Source: a virus (lineage: Duplodnaviria; Heunggongvirae; Uroviricota; Caudoviricetes). Taken from it: a stretch of 64,000 nt of DNA. Location of the stretch: the IMG/VR virus record IMGVR_UViG_3300022468_000539, positions 30,703-94,702 of that record; one strand, given 5' to 3'. Each line of letters begins with the position of its first letter. Positions within the stretch are counted from its first letter, which is position 1. The translations under genes and the position numbers were made by a program. Of the stretch, positions 45,905 through 55,412 are shown in pieces. The notes under the pieces were generated by a model. The model did no database searches and was not told the origin of the DNA. It worked only from the letters and a program-made list of their open reading frames with translations.

Positions 45905-46188
45905 TGAGCGCAGTAGCGTTACTGACATCAATTTGTACAGGTCATGGTGGGTTTCCACCTAGACTTGCTACATCTGCATCCACTAATACTTTCATAGAAG
46001 GTATCGGTGTGCATTGTGTCGGTGATACATGGGCTGAACATAGTGATGGTCATTCATCACATTCTTCTGTACTGGCTACAGGATCGCCCAAAACGTTCCT
46101 CAAAGGGCTTCCAATAGGTCGGGTAGGGGATGCTATAGCATGTGGTAGTTTAGTGGCTACAGGAGCCAATAGGACAGAAATAGGATGA
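45904..46188 (+). CDS. PAAR-repeat protein (spike-tip, T4 gp5.4-like)
   Basis: 94 aa: CTGHGG...GIGVHCVGD...SPKTFLKGLPIGRVGDAIACGS matches the PAAR pattern. Confidence 0.65.
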   Translation: MSAVALLTSICTGHGGFPPRLATSASTNTFIEGIGVHCVGDTWAEHSDGHSSHSSVLATGSPKTFLKGLPIGRVGDAIACGSLVATGANRTEIG

Positions 46189-46889
46189 CTAATTTAGTTT
46201 TAGAAGCGATGCGCGACGGTGGATTGTATAATCCTATTCGATCCGCAGTAACAAGTAAATTGGGTTCATTTAGTATTCCAAGTGTTTCGGAATTACAAAC
46301 CTTGGCTACAGGACAGAATTTGATTACAGGTTTACCAGTTCCACCTGCACCGGAGATTACTGCAGCGCAAGAGGCTATTGTAAACTCATATAACAAAATC
46401 AATGAATTACTTGGTCATACGGATCGTCTGTCCGGTGTTGATTTGACAGGAAACACCACTCTGGCAACGATTGCGAAGACTATGGGTGCAGCGCGTAACG
46501 CAAACGGTGAATTAAGTTGTAGCAGCGTTTTAGCAGCTTTTGGCGCACTTAATAAAGCAACTGAGTTTATCAAGAAAATCGAAGACTACATTCAGATGGT
46601 TGAAGACTTCAAACAGAATGTCGCTGCTAAAATTGTTGAAACTGTTGTTGGTGCTACCGCATTGGCTGCAGCCATAACCGAACAAATTGCTAACGATGTT
46701 GGTGCTTATGCGGCAGCACAGGTAAGACTGGCTGAAGAGTTTGTTGCAAATTCAATCGCATCACTTGTGCAGGATGAATGCACTGGTGCCATTCTAACAA
46801 ATATCATGACGCAACAAATGAAAAATGTTGTTAATACACAAATTGAACAAACTGCTACGGAATTAAGGAAAGCAAGATATGGATACTAA
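46185..46889 (+). CDS. hypothetical protein
   Basis: 234-aa ORF. Confidence 0.4.
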   Translation: MTNLVLEAMRDGGLYNPIRSAVTSKLGSFSIPSVSELQTLATGQNLITGLPVPPAPEITAAQEAIVNSYNKINELLGHTDRLSGVDLTGNTTLATIAKTMGAARNANGELSCSSVLAAFGALNKATEFIKKIEDYIQMVEDFKQNVAAKIVETVVGATALAAAITEQIANDVGAYAAAQVRLAEEFVANSIASLVQDECTGAILTNIMTQQMKNVVNTQIEQTATELRKARYGY

Positions 46890-47211
46890 AGAAAAAGTCT
46901 TTCAGCGATTGGATCAAATCAAAGAAGAATGGGTTGGATTGGATCGCAATCCTGATGCAGAGACTGTCGCCCGTAACGATAAACTGCGTGATATATGGAA
47001 GAAAACTCTTTCAATGTCTCATGGTGAATACATGAAGAAAATGTCTCAACAAGCGAATGCAAAAGACCCAAGTTCACATGCAGCTAAGGCTTTGCGAAGT
47101 GTTGTTGATCAGCATGAGGAAAACCCAGATGCTGATGCCGAAAACAAAAAGAAAGTTGCAAAAGGGTTAAAAGATGGCTCTCTTTCCCCTAAGCAAAACG
47201 TATATCAATAA
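46879..47211 (+). CDS. hypothetical protein
   Basis: 110-aa ORF. Confidence 0.4.
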   Translation: MDTKEKVFQRLDQIKEEWVGLDRNPDAETVARNDKLRDIWKKTLSMSHGEYMKKMSQQANAKDPSSHAAKALRSVVDQHEENPDADAENKKKVAKGLKDGSLSPKQNVYQ

Positions 47212-47372
47212 AGAGGTTTGAACTTTTCGGAGTTCATAACCACCTTCTGGCCTTCTTGGAGATTGTGCATGTACTGTGCATACAACAAGAAGGCTTCATG
47301 CATTTTGGATTCAGGATATGTTGTTGTTACGGAATCTTTTTTGTTGAAGTGCAGGGTTACAGAGATTTCCAT
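47205..47372 (-). CDS. small early protein (55 aa) behind a minus-strand promoter-leader cassette
   Basis: ATG preceded by TCATCGAAATTCAAAAGGTGATTCAA and CTGTGCTATAAT (minus). Converges on, and overlaps by 7 nt, the 46879..47211 gene. Confidence 0.4.
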   Translation of the reverse strand: MEISVTLHFNKKDSVTTTYPESKMHEAFLLYAQYMHNLQEGQKVVMNSEKFKPLY

Positions 47373-47413
47373 TTGAATCACCTTTTGAATTTCGATGATT
47401 GAATTATAGCACA
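47373..47413 (-). promoter_or_regulatory. early promoter-leader cassette on the minus strand
   Basis: Reverse complement reads CTGTGCTATAATTCAATCATCGAAATTCAAAAGGTGATTCAA-ATG. Confidence 0.5.
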
Positions 47414-47417
47414 GTTT

Positions 47418-49079
47418 TTAAGAAAACAACCACTTTATAAATGGGTCGCCACCACCGCCGAATTTATTCAAATCCAGTTCATGTGGTTTTAAATCAATAG
47501 AATCTCTTCCATCATCAATAAAGCCAAATGGCAGCATGTTTTCATCAATGTATTGCTCTGTCCTTTTAGCCAGAATTGCTCGAATGTTTGTATCGGTCAA
47601 TTCGGCAAAAAGAGGGTGCTTTGTCAACCAAGCAAACAGCCACAAACAGGTCATCAAATCATCGTTAATTTGTTCGTCTTCGGCAGCATATGATGCACCT
47701 TTCTGAGCGAAAACACCAAACTCTTGCAGAATTTTGTGGGAGTTGATAATCATCTGATCCAGTTCGACAAGACCTTTCAAAGTTGCGCAGCCGATTGATT
47801 TAACTTTCTTTGTGGTACGAACGCCCGGATACCCTCTCCCCTCATTCAGAACATCCTTGTACGTGAAATACAAATTCTCATACTCAAACTCGTAGAACAA
47901 ATTCGAAGAAACCATCTCACCTAGATCATTCACTTCGATCAACACATATGCATCATTATAGCTCTTCGCCACGGTGTAAATCAGATACGGATAGCTCTCA
48001 GGTGAAATTTCGTTATCCTTGTAGATAGCAACAATCTTATATGGAATTGTAGTGATATCGAACACCACAAACGCAGAATAATCCAAGTGGCGACCACGTG
48101 AAGTATCCACTGTAATAACGTAGCTATGACCTTTTTGAGGCTGTTCGAAATACTCCAATTTATCCTTTACGAAAATTGGTTCTTGTGTTGTCAAACGAGT
48201 TAGTGTAGCACCATTCAAAAGTGTTTTACTCGAACCTTGGAACTGGCATTCAACTTCCTGCAAATACTTCAATTCACCCAATGTCTGAAGCTGATCCACA
48301 CGCCATTTTTCATCACGTGTTGGGTTCTCATACCACTCAGCAGCAACAGGGAAAAATCCGTTGGTACCTTTCTCGGCTTCGACCCACATTTTGTGATAGT
48401 GGTTCAAACCTTTAGGGGTTGATGACAGATATATACGGGTGTCTTTACCAGACGAAATTGTAGGGAAAACGGATGTGAAGAATTCTTCCGCAATGTTTGG
48501 CGGAATGAAGGCTGTTTCATCGATATACAGGGCAGATACGGAGAAACCACGGATCGCGTTTGGAGAGGTTGCTGCAGTGATGATGCCGCTACCGTTGGAG
48601 AGTTCGATGGAGCCTTTGTTCCACTCTTTCACGCCGGGCTGCATCCAGAATGGTAAATTCTCATACGAGAATTGGATACGACTCAAAATTTCACGCGCCA
48701 CCGCAGCCTTGTTAGCCATGATACCGACCAACTTCACATCATTGAAAATAATGAACCACAGGAAGAATGCTGCAGTCGTTTGTGTCTTACCTTGCTGGCG
48801 ACCAATCTTACAGATCACTTTACGGTTATTCACATAAGCGTCAATAATTCGCTCTTGGAATGGATACAACTGGAAAGGGATAACCCCACGATCCACGTGT
48901 ACGATTTTTACATAGGTCTTGATAAAGTAAATTGGATCAGCAGCACATTTAGCCCATTCATCTAATTGCCATTGTGTGTAGTTCATGACTACGCCATGGT
49001 TCTTTAAATTCTTGTTGCCGTTGTAATATAAATTTTGATTCTGAGTTGCCATAAAAAAAGCCCCGAGGCTTTCGACCAA
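47418..49079 (-). CDS. 17: terminase large subunit, T4 gp17-like
   Basis: Walker A KIGRQQGKTQT (T4 SRQLGKT); ATPase core followed by an RNase-H-like nuclease. Confidence 0.75.
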   Translation of the reverse strand: MVESLGAFFMATQNQNLYYNGNKNLKNHGVVMNYTQWQLDEWAKCAADPIYFIKTYVKIVHVDRGVIPFQLYPFQERIIDAYVNNRKVICKIGRQQGKTQTTAAFFLWFIIFNDVKLVGIMANKAAVAREILSRIQFSYENLPFWMQPGVKEWNKGSIELSNGSGIITAATSPNAIRGFSVSALYIDETAFIPPNIAEEFFTSVFPTISSGKDTRIYLSSTPKGLNHYHKMWVEAEKGTNGFFPVAAEWYENPTRDEKWRVDQLQTLGELKYLQEVECQFQGSSKTLLNGATLTRLTTQEPIFVKDKLEYFEQPQKGHSYVITVDTSRGRHLDYSAFVVFDITTIPYKIVAIYKDNEISPESYPYLIYTVAKSYNDAYVLIEVNDLGEMVSSNLFYEFEYENLYFTYKDVLNEGRGYPGVRTTKKVKSIGCATLKGLVELDQMIINSHKILQEFGVFAQKGASYAAEDEQINDDLMTCLWLFAWLTKHPLFAELTDTNIRAILAKRTEQYIDENMLPFGFIDDGRDSIDLKPHELDLNKFGGGGDPFIKWLFS

Positions 49080-49086
49080 GGGGCTT
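49052..49086 (-). terminator. rho-independent terminator after gene 32 (minus strand)
   Basis: Stem AAGCCCC/GGGGCTT followed by an 8-nt U-run on the minus strand. Confidence 0.55.
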
Positions 49087-49115
49087 ACATAGTGAAAGTT
49101 AATAGTATTTAACTA

Positions 49116-50090
49116 TTAATCCTCAATCAGCGATTTAAAAAACTCGTCGTCATCACCAGCATCAGACATTGTTGGTACAGGTGGAGCCGACTTAGCTTTG
49201 GCAGGAGTTTCCTTAGCCTTAGATGGTGCTTCAGAGGCTTGTTTTGCAAGCCCTTCCATTTCATCCAAAACGCCTTCTACGCCTTTTTCTTCAGGTGCAG
49301 CAGCCTTGGCCTTACCTTTACCTTTAGGATTGGATGCTACCTCTCCAGTGACCACCAGATAACGTTGCTTCAGGTCATCGTAAGACTTGAATTTATCAGG
49401 TGCGATTTCAAGGTTAATGTCATACAGACCCTTGAACAATTCTTCAATCTTATCTTCATCGCCTTCAAACAAAGGCTTACGCTTCAGGAATGTAGAACCG
49501 TCAAAGTTAGGAAACTTTTCAACGATGGTTTGCTTCAGAGAGAATGCAGCACCTTCGTAAGGATCGAAAGCATTAACTGCTTCAGCGGTTTCCATTTCTC
49601 CATCTTCGTTTTCTACAGCTTCAGGTTTAGCTGCGGCAACGATCTTGTCAAAAATAGTTTTGCCATATTTGAACAAGAAGACCTTACCGTTATTTTCTGG
49701 GTTTGCAGGGTCTTTCACAACCAGAATGTTGGAAATGTATTGCAGCTTACGCTTTTGACGCTGAACAATTTTCTTGTTTGCATCAATACCAGTGTTCCAA
49801 AGCTCACGGTTCACTTCCGCAATGTAATCGGTTTCACCAATCGTGGAGAGAGAATTTTCGATATACCATTGTTGGGTACTTGGGTCTTTGAACGCATGGG
49901 AGTACATACGCACAAATGGGAAGTCTTCGATATTTTTAGAAGGCAAAAATCGGATAATAGCAGAACCATTTCCTTCTTTGTCTTTGGTCAATTTCCAATA
50001 ATTTTTAGAGTCTTCACTGTAATCCTTTTTCGCATTGACAGTATCAATTTGAGAAAGCAAAGAAGCGAAGTTCATTCCGAATTTAGACAT
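49116..50090 (-). CDS. 32: ssDNA-binding protein, T4 gp32-like
   Basis: GNGSAIIRFLPSK, YISNILVVKDPANPENNGKVFLFKYGKTIFDKI and the acidic tail DDDEFF match T4 gp32. Confidence 0.8.
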   Translation of the reverse strand: MSKFGMNFASLLSQIDTVNAKKDYSEDSKNYWKLTKDKEGNGSAIIRFLPSKNIEDFPFVRMYSHAFKDPSTQQWYIENSLSTIGETDYIAEVNRELWNTGIDANKKIVQRQKRKLQYISNILVVKDPANPENNGKVFLFKYGKTIFDKIVAAAKPEAVENEDGEMETAEAVNAFDPYEGAAFSLKQTIVEKFPNFDGSTFLKRKPLFEGDEDKIEELFKGLYDINLEIAPDKFKSYDDLKQRYLVVTGEVASNPKGKGKAKAAAPEEKGVEGVLDEMEGLAKQASEAPSKAKETPAKAKSAPPVPTMSDAGDDDEFFKSLIED

Positions 50091-50231
50091 GTAATATTTC
50101 CTTAATGTATGTAGTATTAAAAAGTATGTTTAAGTGCCGGTACAATACATACCGGTCACATGTATTTATGGGTAAAAATTTCCCCACAAATTAGTTTACT
50201 ATTGACCTTTTATTTGTCAACAGTGATACAA

Positions 50232-50714
50232 TCACAAAGGTGGATTGCTCAATTCAGTAACGTCGATACCAACAAAGTTTGATAGGTCAGCTTTGTAATA
50301 TGTGTCTGGGTTCTTTGCGATCTTGCCATTTGCATCAAAGACAGCCTTACCATCTTTGAATTTGGAATAGTTAGAGCCATTGATTTCATTCAGGCCACCG
50401 ACGATATCCATACCTTGCAAGAAACCGGTACCGGATGCAGTAACGATTTGATCAACCATGGCGTCAAGGAATTCCTTACGATCAGTGATAATAAATCCAG
50501 TTGCATTTTTCTTCAAGTGGTCGGCAATTCCAGTCAGCAAATCAATAGCTTGTGCGATCTGGGTATCCACACCTTGAACGCGAATTGTTTCAAGCATTTC
50601 GACAAATTCTTCAACATGTACACCGAGTTGCACAGCTTGTTTTTTCTTGGTGATGGTTGATTGTGGGATTGCTTCTGCAAACCAGTTGATGGTGTTGAGT
50701 AGGGTGTTGGTCAT
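50232..50714 (-). CDS. hypothetical protein (possible all-alpha NTP pyrophosphohydrolase-like)
   Basis: Start moved to the RBS-supported ATG (AAGGAAATT-ATG). E-rich helical motif HVEEFVEMLETI. Confidence 0.35.
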   Translation of the reverse strand: MTNTLLNTINWFAEAIPQSTITKKKQAVQLGVHVEEFVEMLETIRVQGVDTQIAQAIDLLTGIADHLKKNATGFIITDRKEFLDAMVDQIVTASGTGFLQGMDIVGGLNEINGSNYSKFKDGKAVFDANGKIAKNPDTYYKADLSNFVGIDVTELSNPPL

Positions 50715-50958
50715 AATTTCCTTAGTTAAAGTTAAAGTTAGCCATATCAGAATAATCCTGATGCAGCAGAGGGGAATCGAAAGGGATATTTGTGAGTTCA
50801 ACCGCTTCAGATTCAGTTCTAACGCTATGAAACGGTACTCGGGTATGATCTGTCCTATTGAAGACAGAAAGGGCGTCTGGAAGGGTTTCACCCTCTTCCA
50901 GAGCATAATATGTTGTGTGAGTTTCTTTTACTACAATCGTGCGTACTTCATTCATTAA

Positions 50959-51243
50959 TCAAAAATTTCTTGGCAGTTGCCACCCTGTCACAGTAAACTG
51001 TGTAGCAGGGTCTTCTTCAAAGCAAAGACCTTTTGATTCTAAGTATGCTTGATTTTCGAGAGCGAGGTTAATAATAGCAGATGATACATCAAGAGGAAAT
51101 CCTTGTCGAGTACCATCACGAGTATCACCCATAAGATGTTCCAGATATTCCTTTAGTCTAACAGTTCCCCACGACATGTCAACAAATTGCTGAATCTTGG
51201 GGTACTTGTCCAGTTTGACAAGCAAATGAGCAGGTGCAAACAT
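50959..51243 (-). CDS. hypothetical protein
   Basis: 94-aa ORF. Confidence 0.4.
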   Translation of the reverse strand: MFAPAHLLVKLDKYPKIQQFVDMSWGTVRLKEYLEHLMGDTRDGTRQGFPLDVSSAIINLALENQAYLESKGLCFEEDPATQFTVTGWQLPRNF

Positions 51244-51244
51244 T

Positions 51245-51625
51245 TCAGGTAAAGATTTCTTTCACTGTAAATGGAGCTAGACCCGACCAATCACGTTCTA
51301 GGTGCTGGATATATTCTTGCGATGGAACATCATTTTCAATAATTTGACCATAGAAACTTTTTGACTTTGGTACAAATGTATATGGTATACCGTCGCGATC
51401 AAGAATAACCCAACCAACAAGAGTGGTTTTATTGGATTCTCTCAGTTCTTCAATTTCTGCCTGCAATTCTTTCACCTTACCAATCGCAATGATAACATCA
51501 GCCAGAGTTTTAGAGAAATTTATGCCTTTGGCAAAAGAACCAGCTTTTACATTGTTTTCTAAGCATTCCGCAGATTTTTCCAGCGTAGCGATTAGAAAAC
51601 TTAATATTTCTTTTTTATTTCCCAT
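51245..51625 (-). CDS. hypothetical protein
   Basis: 126-aa ORF, translationally coupled to the upstream small ORF. Confidence 0.4.
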   Translation of the reverse strand: MGNKKEILSFLIATLEKSAECLENNVKAGSFAKGINFSKTLADVIIAIGKVKELQAEIEELRESNKTTLVGWVILDRDGIPYTFVPKSKSFYGQIIENDVPSQEYIQHLERDWSGLAPFTVKEIFT

Positions 51626-51801
51626 TACCGAGGCTGTGCCAAACGTGTACGCATGTTCGAAGGGTGCAGCAGGTATTTAGAACCCATAGCTTTCTTTGCT
51701 TCTTCAACACGCGCACGGTTGCGTTCCTGCAGTTCCTTCAAAGAGTCTGTATTGATATTCACGTTAACATATTCGCCAAATGCATTGTAAAGAGTGATCA
51801 T
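51625..51801 (-). CDS. small hypothetical protein (58 aa)
   Basis: RBS AGGAAA; stop overlaps the next start (TAATG). Confidence 0.3.
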   Translation of the reverse strand: MITLYNAFGEYVNVNINTDSLKELQERNRARVEEAKKAMGSKYLLHPSNMRTRLAQPR

Positions 51802-51823
51802 TTTGATTTCCTATCTAAAGTTA

Positions 51824-51973
51824 TTACCAGTGTCGGATGACGCCTGCTACGATTACCAAGTTAGTGATTATACTCGAAATAACAATGACTGAACGAATTG
51901 TTGCAATTTTATTTGCTTCGGAGTCATTGTTACCAGACTTCTCACCTAGGGCTTTCGCCCATAGTCTCCACAT
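51824..51973 (-). CDS. small hydrophobic protein (49 aa)
   Basis: ATG 3 nt after the vWA stop (TAATCGATG); single TM-like segment. Confidence 0.3.
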   Translation of the reverse strand: MWRLWAKALGEKSGNNDSEANKIATIRSVIVISSIITNLVIVAGVIRHW

Positions 51974-51976
51974 CGA

Positions 51977-54004
51977 TTAGACTTCCTTGTCAACCAATTC
52001 AGCAGTGGCCTTGATTTTCTTGGACAGACCGAAGTTCATTTCCAGAGTTGTATTTTCATACGAACCCAAATCAGTGAACCACTTGCGACCCAAAATTACA
52101 CCAAACTTGGCCTTGATGATCTTGTCACGCAGTGTAGCGATGTTACCCTTCAGGAGCTTTAGAGCAGTTTCGTTATCGGTCACAGGTGCCAAATCCTTCA
52201 GTACATTAGCAACCACTTCCTTAGAAGGGGTCAGGCTCTTGCCAGCAGCGATATCGGCTTCCACATCGGAGATTTTGGGGATGCTGTTCAGACCAGACAA
52301 ACCAATCTCCAGTGCCTTAGCAACGTATGCATCGACACTTTCGCCTTTGACAGACTTGGGGGAAAACCCGCTTGGCGTCACACCATACTGTTTCAGGAAC
52401 AAAGCACCTTCTGCACCGTACTTCTTAGCGAAGTCTTCGGAGAATTCAGGTTTCTCAATTCGCGAATTCAGAATCTTCTGTGCAACACGCAATTTGTACA
52501 GGTCAAACTGCCATGTAAACATGTCTTTAGCGGTCACAGGAGCCGCCATGGAGCGATTGATGACAGGCATGTTGGATACATCGATCACATACGTTGCATT
52601 GATCTTGAAAGGCTCCAGAGGAATGCCATTTTGAACCAACAGATCGTATGTTGCTTTGGTCAACACCACAGGCAACTTCTTCACATTCACAATACCATCA
52701 CGAATGATAGCATAGTTGCGCCAGATGAAACTTTCCACAGAGTTACCAAAGCCCAATTCATTGTCAGGCAGAGAAACAGTACCATCACGGCGAGTCAGGA
52801 TCGACACGTTAGGCCGGTCTTCATCAAATTTCAATGTGCTGATAGCAGCCTTCACTTCACCTTCTTTGGAAGAGAATTCTGGCTTGAAACCGCCTTCATC
52901 AGCCACCACTTCACGCTTGCCACCGATAGCATTGTAGCTGAATTCGGGGTGAGAAATGTGCAACAGGTTACCTTCGGTGTCTGCCAAATCCATCAACAAA
53001 GTCAGCACGTTGTATGCATTGGGGTCTTGCTTCAGCTTCAGATTGCGTGGCTTATCCTTGAACGGTTCGTAGTCACCAACAAAGGATACCACACGGTTGA
53101 AGTCTTGCTTTGAGAATGCATTCTGTACAACATTGAACAGAGATTCATCACCGATCAGACCAGACAGTTCCAAAGCCTTGTCAGATTCACCACGTTGGAT
53201 CAATGCACCCACCACTTGAACAGCAGCGAATTCATCTTCAACGGTTTCAATATCACCGGAACCTTGGAAGAAAGAGTAAGCAATGCAATTCGAGGGGAAT
53301 GCTGCTTTACCGGATGCGTCAGGCTTGACAGTCACATAGCTTTGATCCATATGACCCACAATCAGGGTGTCCAGAGGCAAACCTTCAACCACTTTGCGCT
53401 TACCAGAAGAACGAGTAGTCAAAGAACGTGTCAGAACGTCAGTATAGGATTGGAAGTCACCAGCACCGATCATTTCACCACCCATTTCTTCAGCCATTTG
53501 GGTCAGGAAAGCATCATCGGCATAGTAGCCATAGGAAACCACCACAGAGCTTGCAACATGGTCAGCGACCTTGGTACACACCTTGATGATTTCGGAGCGT
53601 GAGGATTGGTTTTCGCCACCGTCAGACATGAATGTCATGGATACTGGTCGGTCAGTGCTATCGATAGCCAACTGTACCACCTTTTCCAGAGGGTCTTTGA
53701 AACCGGTCAGGCCACGTGCAACCAAGAAACGGTCAATAGCGGTATTGACGCTTTGCAGGTCTTTGGCAGTCGAGATTTGCAGGTTTTCGAAGATGGTGCC
53801 GCAATCGCCACGTGAAGAGAACCAAATCAGTGTCAGCGTGTCTTCTGGTTCGACCAATGTAGGCAGCTTGTTTTTCAGGTGATTGCGCAGCTTAGGTAGT
53901 TCGCCATACATGCTTCCAGAGCAGTCAACCACCACAATACGATGCATAGGAATGACAACTGCTACTTCAGCCTTGTCTTCGAAATGTTTTGTCACAAGTT
54001 TCAT
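51977..54004 (-). CDS. von Willebrand factor A (vWA) domain protein, 675 aa
   Basis: MIDAS motif VVVVDCSGSM close to the N-terminus. Start moved to the RBS-supported Met (MKLVTKHF). Confidence 0.5.
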   Translation of the reverse strand: MKLVTKHFEDKAEVAVVIPMHRIVVVDCSGSMYGELPKLRNHLKNKLPTLVEPEDTLTLIWFSSRGDCGTIFENLQISTAKDLQSVNTAIDRFLVARGLTGFKDPLEKVVQLAIDSTDRPVSMTFMSDGGENQSSRSEIIKVCTKVADHVASSVVVSYGYYADDAFLTQMAEEMGGEMIGAGDFQSYTDVLTRSLTTRSSGKRKVVEGLPLDTLIVGHMDQSYVTVKPDASGKAAFPSNCIAYSFFQGSGDIETVEDEFAAVQVVGALIQRGESDKALELSGLIGDESLFNVVQNAFSKQDFNRVVSFVGDYEPFKDKPRNLKLKQDPNAYNVLTLLMDLADTEGNLLHISHPEFSYNAIGGKREVVADEGGFKPEFSSKEGEVKAAISTLKFDEDRPNVSILTRRDGTVSLPDNELGFGNSVESFIWRNYAIIRDGIVNVKKLPVVLTKATYDLLVQNGIPLEPFKINATYVIDVSNMPVINRSMAAPVTAKDMFTWQFDLYKLRVAQKILNSRIEKPEFSEDFAKKYGAEGALFLKQYGVTPSGFSPKSVKGESVDAYVAKALEIGLSGLNSIPKISDVEADIAAGKSLTPSKEVVANVLKDLAPVTDNETALKLLKGNIATLRDKIIKAKFGVILGRKWFTDLGSYENTTLEMNFGLSKKIKATAELVDKEV

Positions 54005-54026
54005 AATTAAAGTTTCCTTTGTTGTT

Positions 54027-54035
54027 GAGTTTAAT
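54027..54035 (-). promoter_or_regulatory. extended -10 promoter TGGTAGAAT (minus) for the vWA operon
   Basis: 22-nt leader with AAAGGAAAC RBS. Confidence 0.4.
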
Positions 54036-54235
54036 ATTCTACCACGGTTTTTTGGTTTGTACAGTGCGTTCGTCAAACAGTTTTTAGGTCTATACCAAAA
54101 TGCTTTTCTAGATCATTACTGATGATGTCAACTCCGTAATTATCAGCATGTACAAAAACACATTCCTGAATAAGTAGTTTTGCAAACTCATTTTGTTCAG
54201 GTGTAAATTCGATATTCGCAATTAGAGCAATCTTC

Positions 54236-54664
54236 TCAATTGGTGTCAGCATTTATAACTTCTTTCAAGAAATTATGACCAGTAATACACCCAATCATAA
54301 ACCAATTTTCGCCACTAAAACTCTCCACAGTTGTTTGCTGTAGCAATTTATTAAACATGAAATTAATAGTGATATCGGAAATTTCAGTATTCACTCGACG
54401 CAATTTTGCTTCTGCATTCAATGCTCTTTCGCGTGACCAGTTCGCGTCTTCCCTCCACCGAGATAATTCGGTTTGAGTTTCTTTCAGTTTTGCTTCTGCT
54501 TCGAGGGCACGTTTTTTCCAGATATCCAAATCTTCACGCGCACCTTCATATGCCAGAGACATATCGGGTTTGGTTGCAATGCACCTTTCGCAACTACCAC
54601 AGTTGTTGCCGAGTGCCCAACAGCCTCTGCAGACTGCACCTTTGTATACATTTTGATTAGGCAT
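54236..54664 (-). CDS. hypothetical Cys-rich N-terminal / coiled-coil protein
   Basis: CRGCWALGNNCGSCERC then repeated EAKLKET../EAKLRRV.. segments. Confidence 0.4.
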   Translation of the reverse strand: MPNQNVYKGAVCRGCWALGNNCGSCERCIATKPDMSLAYEGAREDLDIWKKRALEAEAKLKETQTELSRWREDANWSRERALNAEAKLRRVNTEISDITINFMFNKLLQQTTVESFSGENWFMIGCITGHNFLKEVINADTN

Positions 54665-54917
54665 TTTTATCTTCCTGCATTTTGTCTAGAACCAGACGGA
54701 TATCGCTCTGAACACCTATCGGCGCAAAGAATACCCACATGTTATGAGTTTTAGATAGGTTACCGGTGATCCAATCCACATTCTCGCGATAGAAAAAGTT
54801 TTGATTGAGGTAATCAAGACGTTCTTTGTCTCGCTCATACACTCGCACCTTTTCTCGTGGAACGAGCATGGTATTGATATCCTTGATATCACCCGTAATT
54901 TCGTAAAGTGTTTTCAT
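54657..54917 (-). CDS. hypothetical protein
   Basis: 86-aa ORF. Confidence 0.35.
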   Translation of the reverse strand: MKTLYEITGDIKDINTMLVPREKVRVYERDKERLDYLNQNFFYRENVDWITGNLSKTHNMWVFFAPIGVQSDIRLVLDKMQEDKNA

Positions 54918-54943
54918 TTTTCCTCGCTATTTTCTTGTATCAA

Positions 54944-55369
54944 TTACATGCAACGCCACATCATAACACACCATTGTGTATCAGTTACATCGACTGGTGC
55001 ATACAGCGCACCTTCTCCATCCCAACCATCTTGATCATGCAAAGGGTGTTCAAAAGATGCACGTTTGAATTTTACCACAACACCAGTGATGTTGGAAGTG
55101 ATTTCCAATTCATCGGGCCAAGAACCGCCATCATAGTGAAAAGACATCACCTTGATTTTCTTGTTCAGTTTTGCATCAGCCATGTTCAACTTTTCAACAG
55201 TTTTCTTTGGTGCTGATTCAATCATTTTCTGTGCAATCTTTTCCAGTGTACGAATTTCTGTGGAGTAGAAGTCGTTCATCTGATCAACCGAACCAACACG
55301 GACATCTTCACCGTTGATTTTGGCCCAAACTTCGGTTTGCATGTTGGCGGCTGGCTTTTGGAAGATCAT
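54944..55369 (-). CDS. hypothetical protein
   Basis: 141 aa; preceded by a minus-strand cassette. Confidence 0.4.
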   Translation of the reverse strand: MIFQKPAANMQTEVWAKINGEDVRVGSVDQMNDFYSTEIRTLEKIAQKMIESAPKKTVEKLNMADAKLNKKIKVMSFHYDGGSWPDELEITSNITGVVVKFKRASFEHPLHDQDGWDGEGALYAPVDVTDTQWCVMMWRCM

Positions 55370-55412
55370 GTTAATTTACCTCTTTTGCGTTTCGATGGAA
55401 GAATTATAACAT
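55370..55412 (-). promoter_or_regulatory. early promoter-leader cassette on the minus strand
   Basis: Reverse complement reads CTATGTTATAATTCTTCCATCGAAACGCAAAAGAGGTAAATTAAC-ATG. Confidence 0.5.

Noticed and set aside
49239-50105. 288-aa plus ORF
   Set aside because: Antisense to the clearly conserved gp32 homologue.
51987-53882. Plus-strand ORFs inside the vWA gene (51987-52634, 52631-53113, 53195-53602, 53571-53882)
   Set aside because: Antisense to the vWA gene, which carries an N-terminal MIDAS motif and is therefore the real coding strand.
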